The translations under genes and the position numbers were made by a program. A stretch of 64,000 nucleotides of DNA from Candidatus Peribacter sp. (lineage in GTDB: Bacteria > Patescibacteriota > Gracilibacteria > Peribacterales > Peribacteraceae). The stretch is from assembly GCA_030647195.1 (NCBI GenBank), contig JAUSKD010000010.1, positions 197 to 64,196 of the forward strand, written 5' to 3'. The notes under the pieces were generated by a model. It worked only from the letters and a program-made list of their open reading frames with translations. It searched no databases and was not told the DNA's origin. Positions 20,001 through 29,073 of the stretch are shown one piece after another. Numbering within the stretch: the stretch's first letter is position 1; each line of letters opens with the position of its first letter.

Positions 20001-23000
20001 ATTGATAACGATCAAGACGGTGCAACGGATTTCCCGAATGATTTCTCGTGCACGACTGCGACCGACAATGACGAAACCAATCCCAAGGCCCAGTGTCAGG
20101 ATGGCGTCGACAATGACGGCGATGGCCGCGTGGATTATCCGAATGATCTGGGATGTTCCAGCAGACAGGATAATACGGAGGCGGGTGAAGCCCAGTGTCA
20201 GGACGGCATCGACAACGACGGAGACGGCGCCGCCGACTACCCGAACGATTTTTCCTGCACCACTCCCACGGATACGGACGAGACCAATCCCAAGGCGCAG
20301 TGCCAGGACGGGATTGATAACGATGGAGATGGTCTGACGGACTATCCCAATGATCCGGGATGTTCCAGCCGTCAGGATAACGACGAACACAACATCTGCC
20401 CGGTGGCAACGCAGACAAGCACCTGCCGTTGTGCAACGAACGCAGACTGTACGAACCCGGATACCTGCCAGAGCGGCATCTGCCGTCCGGTGACGTACCA
20501 GTGCAACGACGGCATCGACAATGATGGAGATGGCGCCACGGACTACCCGGCGGACTTCTCGTGCTCCGGACCCACGGACAATGATGAAACGAATCCCAAG
20601 GCCCAGTGTCAGGACGGGATCGATAACGACGGAGACGGACGTGTGGATTATCAGAATGATCCGGGATGTTCCAGCAGACAGGACAACAATGAAGGAGACG
20701 AACCGCAGTGCCAGAACGGCATTGATGATGATCAGGACGGAGCCACGGACTACCCGGCGGACTTCTCGTGCTCCGGACCCACGGACAATGATGAAACGAA
20801 TCCCAGAGCGCAGTGCCAGGATGGAATCGACAACGACGGGGACAGTCTTGTGGACTATCCCGCAGATCCCGGCTGCTCCACTCGTCAGGATAACGACGAG
20901 CACAACATCTGCCCGGTGGCAACGCAGACGAGCACTTGCCACTGTTCCACGAATGCGGACTGCACCGTCCCCGATACCTGCCAGAGCGGCATCTGCCGCC
21001 CCCAGGGAGCCGATCTCTCCGTCTCAAAGACCGGACCCACCACGGTGGTCGCAGGCACGATCGTATCGTACACAGTGACAGCGACGAACGCCGGTCCGGC
21101 CACAGCCACGAACGTCGTGATCGCCGATGTCATTCCCTCGGGCCTGACCTTCAACGCCGGTCAGTCGACCGCAGGATGCGTGCTCAATGGAAATGGAACG
21201 AGTGTGCTGTGCAATAACTTCAGTCTGACAGCGGGCCAGAGCCGCACCTTCACGATTGTCTTCAATGTTCCTTCAACGCAAGCGTGCGGAGGGAACGCGG
21301 TGATCCAGAACGTGGCGACAGTCTCCAGTTCTTCACAGGATCCGAATACGGCGAACAATACGAGCCAGACGGTGACAACGGGGGTGTCGTGTCCGACACC
21401 GCAAGCCGATCTCTCGATTCAAAAATCAGGACCTTCCTCCGTGCTCCGCGGTGACGCTGTGACCTACACCATCACTGCAACGAACGCAGGCCCGAGTACC
21501 GCAACGAACGTCGTGGTGACCGATGTGATCCCGTCCGGTCTCACCTTTAACGCCGCCGGCTCTTCCGCGAGCTGCATCCTGAATGGCGCCGGAACGAGCG
21601 TGCTCTGCAACAACTTCAACCTGAACGCGGGCGAGAGCCGCACCTTCTCTCTCGTGTTCACCGCTTCCTCCTCGATGAGCTGCGGAGCAACCATCCGCAA
21701 TACCGCAGATGTCTCGAGTTCCTCGGTGGATCCCGTCAGTGCCAATAACCATAGTAATGAGGTGAGTACGTCCGTGACGTGCCCGCAGGCGGACGTGATG
21801 ATCGTGAAGAGCGGACCGCAGAGTGTCAATCGCGGCGGGAATATCCTCTACACGGTCACCGTCACGAACTTAGGTCCCCAGCGCTCCGATAACGTCGTCG
21901 TGGTGGACCGGCCGGAATCTATGGCAGGACTCACCTTTAGCGCGTCTCAGAGCGATACGGACTGTGTCCTGAACGGCACCGAAGTGCTCTGCAACAACAT
22001 CTCGCTGCAGGCCGGTCAATCCCGGACGTACAACATCGTCTTCACGGTTTCCCCCACCTTTACCTGCGGCAGTACGGTTGCCAATCGGGCGAATGCCAAT
22101 GTCTCGACCCCCGATCCTCACGGCGATAACAACTGGAGCGATCGCATTGTGACGACCATCAACTGTACGCAGTGCAATGACGGCATCGACAACGACCAGG
22201 ACGGCGCCACGGACTACCCGGCGGACTATAGCTGCAGTGATGCCAATGATAACGACGAAACGCTTCCCCGGGCCCAGTGCCAGGATGGCGTGGACAATGA
22301 CGGCGACCAGCTCGTCGACTACCCGAATGACCCGGGCTGCTCGAACAATCAGGACAATGACGAATCCAACATCGTTCTGAATCCGGATGCGTCCATTCAG
22401 AAATCAGGACCGACGACGGTCATCCGCGGCAACACAGTGAGCTACACGCTCACGGCAACCAACGTCGGCTCCGCGACGGCGCAGAACGTCGTGGTCTCCG
22501 ATAGCATTCCCTCCGGACTCACCTTCCAGGCAGGCGCCTCCTCACCCGAGTGCGTGCTGAATGGCGGCGGCACGAGCGTACTCTGCAATAACTTCTCGCT
22601 CGCTGTCGGCCAGACCAGAACCTTTACGGTGACCTTCACGGTGACCACGGCTGTTGCCTGCGGTGCCACCATTCAGAATACGGCGACGGTCTCGACCAGT
22701 AACGATGTCAATACTGCGAACAACTCGAGCCAGTGGAATACGGCCGTGCAGTGCGTTACGCCCCAGTGCTCCGATGGCATCGACAATGACGGCGATGGTG
22801 CGACGGATTATCCCAATGACTACAGCTGTGCCTCCCCCACGGATGATGATGAGTCCAATCCCCGGGCCCAGTGCCAGGACGGCATCGACAATGATCAGGA
22901 TGGCGCCATCGATTACCCCGCCGACATCGGCTGCACGTCCGCGCAGGACAATGACGAATCCAATCCCGCCACGCCCGATCTGTCGATCACCAAGACCGGT

Positions 23001-26000
23001 CCCCAAACCGTGAATCGCGGCGATACGGTGAGCTACACCGTGACCGTGACGAACATCGGAACGGCTACGGCCCTCAACGTCGTTGTGGCGGACGTGATTC
23101 CGGCAGGACTCACCTTCCACGGAGGCCTTTCCTCGACCGACTGTCTGCTCAACGGAGCCGGCACGAGCGTGCTCTGCAATAACTTCTCGCTCGCTGCAGG
23201 TCAGACGAAGACCTTCACCATTACCTTCAATGTCCCCACCACCACGGTCACCTGCGGTTCGACGATTCGCAATACCGCGACCGTCTCGACCAGTAACGAC
23301 CAGAACGGTTCCAATAATACGAGCCAGACGGTGAGCACCTCGGTGCAGTGTCCGGTGCAGAGCGCCGACCTTGGCATTAGTAAAACGTCCAATGTGTCTT
23401 CCGTGCTGTCCGGTGATCCGGTCACGTACACGCTGAACGTCACGAACAGCGGACCGCAATCCGCTGCAAACGTTGTCATCAGTGACTCCCTGCCTGCCGG
23501 AGTGTCCTTCGATGTCCTCTTCCTGCAGACAAACGGTTTCTCCTGCTATCGCCAGTCGAGCGACGCGAATCATCTGGTCTGCGTGCGACCTGCGATGGCA
23601 GTCGGCGAAACGGTGACCATCCGCTATCAGGTGCGCGTCCTCAATCAGGGAACCTGCACGCCACGCTCGCTCACCAATACGGCCGGCGTGACGGCTCTCT
23701 CGGGTACGGATCCGAACGCGGGCAATAACTACGCCCAGGCCACGGTGCAAATGACCTGTCCGAACCTTCAGTCAGACCTCTCGATTCAGAAATCAGTCAG
23801 TCCGTCCTCCGTCCTCCCGGGCCAGCCCCTGACGTACACGCTCTTCGTGCAGAACTTCGGGCCGGGCACCGCGCAGAATGTCATCGTGTCCGATTCGTTG
23901 CCTTCAGGACTTCCCATTACCGTCCAATTCCTGCAGTCCGACGGCTTCAGCTGCTGGAGACAGAATAGTGATCCGAATCACCTGGTCTGCACGCGTTCAT
24001 CCATGCCTGCAGGTGCAACCGCCACGATCCGCTTCACGGCGACCGTGAGCGGCAATAGCTGTACCCCACAAACCGTTCTCAATACGGCTGCCGTGAACGC
24101 ACTGAACAGCACAGATCCGAACGCAGGGAACAACGCCACACAAGTTACGGCCCAGCTGACGTGCCAGAACCCGGTCTTCACGATCTCGAAGACGGACAAT
24201 CGCGACACGACACACCCGGGCGATATCCTTACCTACAGCATTACGGTGACGAATACCTCTGACGTGAACGGCACGAACGTGACCGTGACCGACCTGCTCC
24301 CCGGCTCTGTGACCTTCCTCACCGCATCGGATTTCGGTTGGTCCTCCGGCGGCAGTGTCACCTGGCAGAATCTCTCGATCCCCGCGCATACGACGAAGAC
24401 GCTGACGGTGACCGTGCAGGTGCAGTACGGCACAGCGAACGGAACCGTGCTCACGAACAATGCGACAGTGGCGGGAATCACCGCGCAGGACCAGACAACG
24501 GTTCAGAGCGTCACCACCGCTGATCTCTCGATCATGAAGACCGGTCCGCAGCTTGCCCAGCGCGGTTCCACCATCTTCTACACCATCACGGTATTCAACG
24601 CCGGCCCCGGCTCTTCGCAGAATGCGACGGTGACCGACGTAGTACCGGGCGGCCTCGTCTTCCTGCCACAGCAGTCCACACCCCAGTGCGCGCTGAACGG
24701 CGGAACAGTGACCTGCAGCGGTATTTCACTCGCAGCCGGTCAGAGCCAGAGCCTGACGCTCGCCTTCGAAATCCCCTCCTCTGTCACCTGCGGCACGTTC
24801 CTGCTCAACGCGGCCGAAGTGCACGGCATCAATGATCCGAACTGCGTGAACGACCTGAGCCAGACCGTGACCACAGCGGTGCAATGCCTCAGCCCGACTT
24901 TCACGATGAGCAAGACGGACGGCCACACGACCGCGCAACCCGGCGACACGCTGACGTACACGGTCTCGGTGACGAACACCTCTACGGTGAACGCAACGAA
25001 CATCACGGTGACGGATACCCTGCCCTCCCTCGTCACGTTCCAGAGCGCCTCTGACGGCGGAACGCAGGCGGCAGGCGTGCTGACATGGTCCGGCCTCAGT
25101 ATTGCAGCCGGTGCGACCAAGCAGCTCACGGTGCAGGTGCAGGTGAGTCAGGCGGCCACAAACGGGGCGATCATCACGAACTATGCAAGTGTCGCGGGTG
25201 TCCTTGCGCAGGATTCCACGACCGTACAGGTGCCCCAGACCAATGCGGATGTCTCTGTGATGAAGACCGGCCCGCAGACGGCCCAGCAGGGCAGCATTGC
25301 GCTCTTCGCGGTCACCGTCTTCAATGCGGGACCGTCCGCAGCGACGAACGTCGTCATCGGTGACGTGATCCCGTCGGGATTCACCTTCAATCAGGCGCAG
25401 ACCTCGTCGGGATGCGTGCTGAACGGTGCCGGAACATCGGTGCTGTGCAACAACTTCTCGCTGACCAACGGACAGAGCCGCAGCTTCACGATTGCATTCA
25501 ATGTGACGCAGAACGCCACCTGCAACGGTGTCGTGCAGAATACGGCCACCGTTTCGACCAGCAATGACACGAATCCGGCAAACAATGTCAGCCAGCCGGT
25601 TTCCACCACGGTGCAATGCCCCTCCCCCACCTTCACGATCACGAAGACCGACAACCAGACGACCGTGCAGCCGGGCGGTGTGCTCACCTACGTGGTTTCG
25701 GTGACCAACACCTCGCAGATCGCCGCAACGAACGTCACAGTGACGGATACGCTCCCCTCCCTCGTCACGTTCCAGAGCGCCTCTGACGGCGGAACGCAGG
25801 CGGCGGGCGTGGTGACGTGGTCCGGCCTCAGTATTGCAGCCGGTGCGACCAAGACGCTGACGGTGCAGGTGCAGGTCAGCTCTGCGGCCAGCAACGGAAC
25901 GGTCCTCACCAATAACGCAGCCGTGTCGGGCGTGCTGACATCGGATACGACGACCGTGCAGACCCAGACTCCCACTTTCACTATCAGCAAGACTGATAAT

Positions 26001-28016
26001 CAGACCGTCGTGCTACCCGGTGCGACCCTGTCGTATACCATTTCCGTAACGAACACCTCTGCGGTGAACGCGACGAACGTGACGGTGACGGATGCACTGC
26101 CCGGACTCGTCACATTCCTGAGTGCCTCTGATGGGGGTACACAGGCGAGTGGCGTGGTGACGTGGAATGGCCTCAGCATTGCAGCCGGTGCGACGAAGGT
26201 ACTGACCGTCCAGGCGCAGGTGAGCTCATCTGCCACGAATGGCACTGTCCTGACCAACACGGCAACCGTTGCCGGTGTCTCGGCTCAGGATACGACCACC
26301 GTGCAAACGGGCGCGACCGGAGCGGATCTCTCTATCACCAAAACAGGGCCGAGTACCGTCCAGCAGGGCGGCGTGGTGCTGTACAACGTGACGGTCAGTA
26401 ACGCGGGACCGTCCGCAGCGACGAACGTCGTCATAGCGGATGTGCTACCCTCTGGCCTCACCTTCAATCAGGCTCAGACCTCCTCGGGATGCGTGCTGAA
26501 CGGCGGCGGCACATCGGTGCTGTGTAATAATTTCTCGCTTGCAGCCGGCCAAAATCGCAGCTTCACGATCGCGTTCACCGTGACGCAGACCGCAGCGTGC
26601 AACGCCTCGATCCAGAATACGGCAACGGTCTCGACCAGCAACGATCAAAACGGCCTCAACAACACCAGCCAAACCGTGAACACGACTGTGCTGTGCCCTG
26701 AAGCCACGTACACGATCAGCAAGACCGACAACCGCACGACGGTGCTGCCGGGTGAATCATTGACCTACCAGATCACTCTCACGAACACGTCGTCCTTTAC
26801 AGCGACGAACATCCAGGTCACGGACGCGCTGCCTTCGGGCGTCACGTACGTCACGTCTTCTGACGGGGGTACATTGAACGGCGCCACCGTACGCTGGACG
26901 CTCGGTAGTCTCGCCGCAGGCGCGAGCAGGACGCTCATCGTGATTGTCACCGTGCCCTCTACGGCTTCGAATGGAACCGTGCTGACGAATATCGCATTGG
27001 TCGGTGCAGCCACCGCTCAGGATGTGACCACGGTGAATACCGGCAGTTCGAGTTCCAGTTCCAGCACCAGCAGTTCCAGCAGTAGCAGCTCGAGCGAATG
27101 CAACCTGACGGTGACGCTGCGAGATTCCCAGGATCCCGTCGACTCGGATGAGTCCTTCACCTACACCATCGAAGTCCGCAACAACAACTCTACGACGGTG
27201 AATAACGTCGCACTCACGCAGACCCTGGATAGCAACGTCGACTTCCTCTCGACGACGGGAGGCGGCAACGATGACGCCGGCAACACGATCCGCTGGACCG
27301 GCCTCTCTATCGGCGGCAACTCCACCTCGACATTCACGACATCCGTGCGCGTGCGCGGCGACCGGGACGGCGCGACGATTCGCTCTAACGCCTTCGCCTG
27401 CAGTGCGCAGGATAGCGAGAACACCCAGGTGAGCGGCAACGATATTCCCCCTCCGCCTCCCCCTCCGCCCAACGGAGCCACGCTCACTGTTGATAAGCAG
27501 GCGGATCGCACGGAAGCCCAGGCCGGCAGCATCATCGCCTACACCATATCCGTGCGAAACCAGAGTAACGTCGCCGTGGGTCCCGTCACGATAGAAGACA
27601 CCTTCTCCGCAAGCGACATGACCGTGGAGTACGCCGATGGCGGCTCCGTAAACGGAGGCTCGATCCGGTGGGATCTGGGAACGCTGGGCGCCAACGCCAC
27701 GCGCCTGATCCACTACCGTGTGCGCCTGAGCCAGAGTCTGCAGCATGGCCAGACCGTCAGCAATACCGTGCAGGTGCTGGGCGGCAACGCCACCGATACC
27801 GCACAGGTGCAGATCATCCGCTACTTCCCCCAGACGGGTCTGCTCACCCGCTTCACACAGCTGGGAACAGATAAAGCGGCCTTCCTGCAACCGGTGAGCC
27901 CGAAGAAACGTAATGCGACGGATGCCAGCATCCCTGCCCTCACATGGATGATCCTCCTCTCGACCGGTCTCACGGGCGGTGGACTGCTCGGCAGAAAATT
28001 CCTCATTGGCTTCTAA
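17013..28016 (+). CDS. giant (3,667 aa) modular surface protein: acidic Cys-bounded Ca/metal-binding-like repeats plus DUF11-type repeats
   Basis: Single uninterrupted 11,004-nt ORF with signal-like N-terminus MAKIENAKKPFAIFVLSLLLLSQPGVSALWA. By my count it has 24 copies of C-x-[DN]-G-x-D-[ND]-D-x-D-G-x-x-D-[YF]-P-x-D-x-x-C (thrombospondin type-3 / MopE-like). It has 4 copies of ICPxxTxTSxCxCxTNADCTxPxTCQSGxCRP and 17 DUF11-like repeats (TxTNxGP..NVVVxDxIPxGLTF). It also has poly-Ser and P8 linkers, then FPQTG followed by a C-terminal TM and GRK. Confidence 0.9.
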   Translation: MAKIENAKKPFAIFVLSLLLLSQPGVSALWAQTAVIAQETGAASSEAESSSAASNPQTPSVSDMRAMTSAMASTTAGGGNFTWQILCGEPGTNRSIACDDACRPCISDTYFFWRKFDLQKIGFYYTDGSGHRQLLPPFSTGGNICRDGVSAINGGGTVPTGITPQGLYTEWNAYGHVYTLYSDTHAAIVCPRGGDRTDYYWDDQGNPGTHNDGHVIINYTPAPSSQCSDGIDNDGDGAADFPNDYSCSTTTDNDETNPRSQCQDGVDNDGNGYTDYPSDAGCSSQQDNTESGGQQQYQCNDGIDNDGDGAADYPNDFSCSSATDNDETNPRSQCQDGVDNDGDGVTDGLDPGCSGNQDNDERNICPVGTSTSTCRCATNADCTAPNTCQSGYCRPVSSQCSDGIDNDGDGATDYPADFSCSSATDTDETNPRAQCQDGSDNDHDGLSDYPNDPGCNSAQDNDETNVGTPSCTQPVSASVSFNSFNAPWNYGTSCAQPPVAVATNLHAGDVVRLTGTTGGVCGREYPRAGSCVSDTSGSIFGDCDDEGTQMYSCTDNTYSKAGFYDASHNLIAEHNISAFNASVTVPAGATALYVYFKEYNQTYYYDNNGGFRCNLNFSITGNCPAQCNDGLDNDGDGAADYPNDFSCSSATDTDETNPKAQCQDGIDNDGDGRIDANDLGCTDFQDNDEFNASSSSSSSSSVPGTAQCNDGIDNDGDGKIDALVELSPSNGQSRVWYADMVGIRTFYNQIAAQRGLQQISTDWNGQGMVSNDATTADKICELAGFNNVVSRNCFEYGTTGRCNFTSCSNNTMGVWGGSNMNIVNACGYTWLASLTCRDRLAACSDGIDNDGDGRIDMADTGCATVNDNSEIMHDPDCTGPTDNTESSITQCNDGIDNDGDGAADYPNDFSCTSPTDTDETNPKSQCQDGIDNDGDGLSDYPSDPGCSSRQDNDERNICPAATQTSNCRCATNADCTNPDTCQSGICRPVSYQCNDGIDNDQDGATDFPNDFSCTTATDNDETNPKAQCQDGVDNDGDGRVDYPNDLGCSSRQDNTEAGEAQCQDGIDNDGDGAADYPNDFSCTTPTDTDETNPKAQCQDGIDNDGDGLTDYPNDPGCSSRQDNDEHNICPVATQTSTCRCATNADCTNPDTCQSGICRPVTYQCNDGIDNDGDGATDYPADFSCSGPTDNDETNPKAQCQDGIDNDGDGRVDYQNDPGCSSRQDNNEGDEPQCQNGIDDDQDGATDYPADFSCSGPTDNDETNPRAQCQDGIDNDGDSLVDYPADPGCSTRQDNDEHNICPVATQTSTCHCSTNADCTVPDTCQSGICRPQGADLSVSKTGPTTVVAGTIVSYTVTATNAGPATATNVVIADVIPSGLTFNAGQSTAGCVLNGNGTSVLCNNFSLTAGQSRTFTIVFNVPSTQACGGNAVIQNVATVSSSSQDPNTANNTSQTVTTGVSCPTPQADLSIQKSGPSSVLRGDAVTYTITATNAGPSTATNVVVTDVIPSGLTFNAAGSSASCILNGAGTSVLCNNFNLNAGESRTFSLVFTASSSMSCGATIRNTADVSSSSVDPVSANNHSNEVSTSVTCPQADVMIVKSGPQSVNRGGNILYTVTVTNLGPQRSDNVVVVDRPESMAGLTFSASQSDTDCVLNGTEVLCNNISLQAGQSRTYNIVFTVSPTFTCGSTVANRANANVSTPDPHGDNNWSDRIVTTINCTQCNDGIDNDQDGATDYPADYSCSDANDNDETLPRAQCQDGVDNDGDQLVDYPNDPGCSNNQDNDESNIVLNPDASIQKSGPTTVIRGNTVSYTLTATNVGSATAQNVVVSDSIPSGLTFQAGASSPECVLNGGGTSVLCNNFSLAVGQTRTFTVTFTVTTAVACGATIQNTATVSTSNDVNTANNSSQWNTAVQCVTPQCSDGIDNDGDGATDYPNDYSCASPTDDDESNPRAQCQDGIDNDQDGAIDYPADIGCTSAQDNDESNPATPDLSITKTGPQTVNRGDTVSYTVTVTNIGTATALNVVVADVIPAGLTFHGGLSSTDCLLNGAGTSVLCNNFSLAAGQTKTFTITFNVPTTTVTCGSTIRNTATVSTSNDQNGSNNTSQTVSTSVQCPVQSADLGISKTSNVSSVLSGDPVTYTLNVTNSGPQSAANVVISDSLPAGVSFDVLFLQTNGFSCYRQSSDANHLVCVRPAMAVGETVTIRYQVRVLNQGTCTPRSLTNTAGVTALSGTDPNAGNNYAQATVQMTCPNLQSDLSIQKSVSPSSVLPGQPLTYTLFVQNFGPGTAQNVIVSDSLPSGLPITVQFLQSDGFSCWRQNSDPNHLVCTRSSMPAGATATIRFTATVSGNSCTPQTVLNTAAVNALNSTDPNAGNNATQVTAQLTCQNPVFTISKTDNRDTTHPGDILTYSITVTNTSDVNGTNVTVTDLLPGSVTFLTASDFGWSSGGSVTWQNLSIPAHTTKTLTVTVQVQYGTANGTVLTNNATVAGITAQDQTTVQSVTTADLSIMKTGPQLAQRGSTIFYTITVFNAGPGSSQNATVTDVVPGGLVFLPQQSTPQCALNGGTVTCSGISLAAGQSQSLTLAFEIPSSVTCGTFLLNAAEVHGINDPNCVNDLSQTVTTAVQCLSPTFTMSKTDGHTTAQPGDTLTYTVSVTNTSTVNATNITVTDTLPSLVTFQSASDGGTQAAGVLTWSGLSIAAGATKQLTVQVQVSQAATNGAIITNYASVAGVLAQDSTTVQVPQTNADVSVMKTGPQTAQQGSIALFAVTVFNAGPSAATNVVIGDVIPSGFTFNQAQTSSGCVLNGAGTSVLCNNFSLTNGQSRSFTIAFNVTQNATCNGVVQNTATVSTSNDTNPANNVSQPVSTTVQCPSPTFTITKTDNQTTVQPGGVLTYVVSVTNTSQIAATNVTVTDTLPSLVTFQSASDGGTQAAGVVTWSGLSIAAGATKTLTVQVQVSSAASNGTVLTNNAAVSGVLTSDTTTVQTQTPTFTISKTDNQTVVLPGATLSYTISVTNTSAVNATNVTVTDALPGLVTFLSASDGGTQASGVVTWNGLSIAAGATKVLTVQAQVSSSATNGTVLTNTATVAGVSAQDTTTVQTGATGADLSITKTGPSTVQQGGVVLYNVTVSNAGPSAATNVVIADVLPSGLTFNQAQTSSGCVLNGGGTSVLCNNFSLAAGQNRSFTIAFTVTQTAACNASIQNTATVSTSNDQNGLNNTSQTVNTTVLCPEATYTISKTDNRTTVLPGESLTYQITLTNTSSFTATNIQVTDALPSGVTYVTSSDGGTLNGATVRWTLGSLAAGASRTLIVIVTVPSTASNGTVLTNIALVGAATAQDVTTVNTGSSSSSSSTSSSSSSSSSECNLTVTLRDSQDPVDSDESFTYTIEVRNNNSTTVNNVALTQTLDSNVDFLSTTGGGNDDAGNTIRWTGLSIGGNSTSTFTTSVRVRGDRDGATIRSNAFACSAQDSENTQVSGNDIPPPPPPPPNGATLTVDKQADRTEAQAGSIIAYTISVRNQSNVAVGPVTIEDTFSASDMTVEYADGGSVNGGSIRWDLGTLGANATRLIHYRVRLSQSLQHGQTVSNTVQVLGGNATDTAQVQIIRYFPQTGLLTRFTQLGTDKAAFLQPVSPKKRNATDASIPALTWMILLSTGLTGGGLLGRKFLIGF

Positions 28017-28039
28017 GCAATCGTCCAAAGCAGCAGAAT

Positions 28040-28061
28040 CCCCGCCTCCGGCGGGGTTTTT
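28040..28061 (+). terminator. intrinsic terminator of the giant gene
   Basis: CCCCGCC-tcc-GGCGGGG followed by TTTTT, 24 nt after the stop. Confidence 0.8.
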
Positions 28062-28074
28062 GCAGGGGCGATCT

Positions 28075-28103
28075 TTTGCAGCCGGGGTTCATGAACCCCG
28101 GCT
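28075..28103. repeat. 29-nt palindromic element, copy 1 (tttGCAGCCGGGGTTCATGAACCCCGGCT)
   Basis: Identical to 47145-47173. It lies at a convergent gene junction and abuts the pth stop codon. Confidence 0.85.
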
Positions 28104-28657
28104 TAAGAGGCGGATCCCAGCACGTGTTCTTTCACCGTGCGCGTCAAATCCTCTTTCAGTGCCCGCTCAAGTTGATCGCGCTCTGCCGCCTGCGGCACGC
28201 TCAACACCCACTGGGCCAGATCCGTGCCTGCAGGAGCGTTCCCCAGTCCGATGCGAATGCGGGGGAACATCTCACCGACATGTTCCACGACAGACTTGAG
28301 TCCGTTGTGCGTTCCGGGTCCTCCTTCGTTGCGAAAGCGGATCTCGCCGAGCTTGAGGTCGCAGTCATCGCTGAGGACAAGCAGCTGAAACGAGGGGTCG
28401 GCTTTGTAGAAATTCAGGAGCTTCGAGACGGCCTCGCCCGAGCGGTTCATAAAGGTCGTCGGTTTTGCGAGAAGAACAGGCACCTCTCCGATGGCGATCT
28501 CCGAGACAACCGAAAGCACTTTGGCCTTCTCTTTCCACTCGCCTCCTCCGAATGACGCATGGAGTGCGTCGAGCGCGCGGAACCCCGCATTGTGGCGCGT
28601 ATGCTCATAGGAGGAGCCGGGGTTTCCCAGGCCCACGATGATCAGCGTCGGTTTCAT
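28103..28657 (-). CDS. pth: peptidyl-tRNA hydrolase
   Basis: MKPTLIIVGLGNPGSSYEHTRHNAGF, then NRSG and THNGLKS. ATG c28657 lies 7 nt downstream of TACAAT. The track's longer form adds a non-homologous N-terminus. Confidence 0.9.
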   Translation of the reverse strand: MKPTLIIVGLGNPGSSYEHTRHNAGFRALDALHASFGGGEWKEKAKVLSVVSEIAIGEVPVLLAKPTTFMNRSGEAVSKLLNFYKADPSFQLLVLSDDCDLKLGEIRFRNEGGPGTHNGLKSVVEHVGEMFPRIRIGLGNAPAGTDLAQWVLSVPQAAERDQLERALKEDLTRTVKEHVLGSAS

Positions 28658-28673
28658 GCGTGCGATTGTAGCA

Positions 28674-29066
28674 TCAGGAAAGGAACTGGTGGACGATCTG
28701 CGCGAATGCCTGCAGGGCCCGGTCGCTCTGCGCGGCAGAGACACGGATATTCATTTCGTGGGCGATGCGGTTACGGAGCCGGTGGGCATTCCAGATGTCA
28801 TCGATGTTCTTCAGCCGCGGGCCCGCCTGCTGCAGTTTTTCCGCGAACGTACCGGTGTAGTCCAGCGCTTTGAGCACGGCATCACAGACCTTCTCCGCCT
28901 CGATCACGCGCCGGGAGTGATCGTTGATTTCAATCACGGCATTCCACGCTTCACGAAAGTGGGCCTTGCGGAGTGCGGGGATTTTCGTGCGCCTGCGCAG
29001 AGACATCCAGATCACAAAACCGAGACTCAGGAGTGCAAACCCGATGAGAAGAAAAAACCAAAGCAT
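28674..29066 (-). CDS. hypothetical membrane-anchored protein (DUF4145-like HxxRNxxxH motif)
   Basis: N-terminal TM segment MLWFFLLIGFALLSLGFVIW, and a C-terminal AHRLRNRIAHE motif. Confidence 0.55.
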   Translation of the reverse strand: MLWFFLLIGFALLSLGFVIWMSLRRRTKIPALRKAHFREAWNAVIEINDHSRRVIEAEKVCDAVLKALDYTGTFAEKLQQAGPRLKNIDDIWNAHRLRNRIAHEMNIRVSAAQSDRALQAFAQIVHQFLS

Positions 29067-29073
29067 GGGAGCA

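Noticed and set aside
17690-21000. Possible CRISPR array or non-coding tandem repeat, suggested by the regular repetition of ~60-nt DGIDNDGDG-encoding units.
   Set aside because: The repeats are in frame within one ORF. They are imperfect at third codon positions and have no unique spacers of constant length. No cas genes are present.
19197-23750. Long ORFs on the opposite strand or in alternative frames of the giant gene (for example 19197-20942 at 581 aa, 19675-21027 at 450 aa, 22542-23750 at 402 aa, 24726-25616, 26757-28028, and 17698-18858 on the plus strand).
   Set aside because: They lie entirely inside the single 11-kb frame that carries recognisable repeat domains. Their translations are Arg/Gly/Ala/Thr-rich low-complexity strings, typical of shadow frames in GC-rich repetitive DNA.
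21000-27000. Diversity-generating retroelement (template/variable repeat pair) within the DUF11 array.
   Set aside because: No reverse transcriptase ORF is in the window. The differences between near-identical repeats are not restricted to adenine positions as far as I can see by eye.
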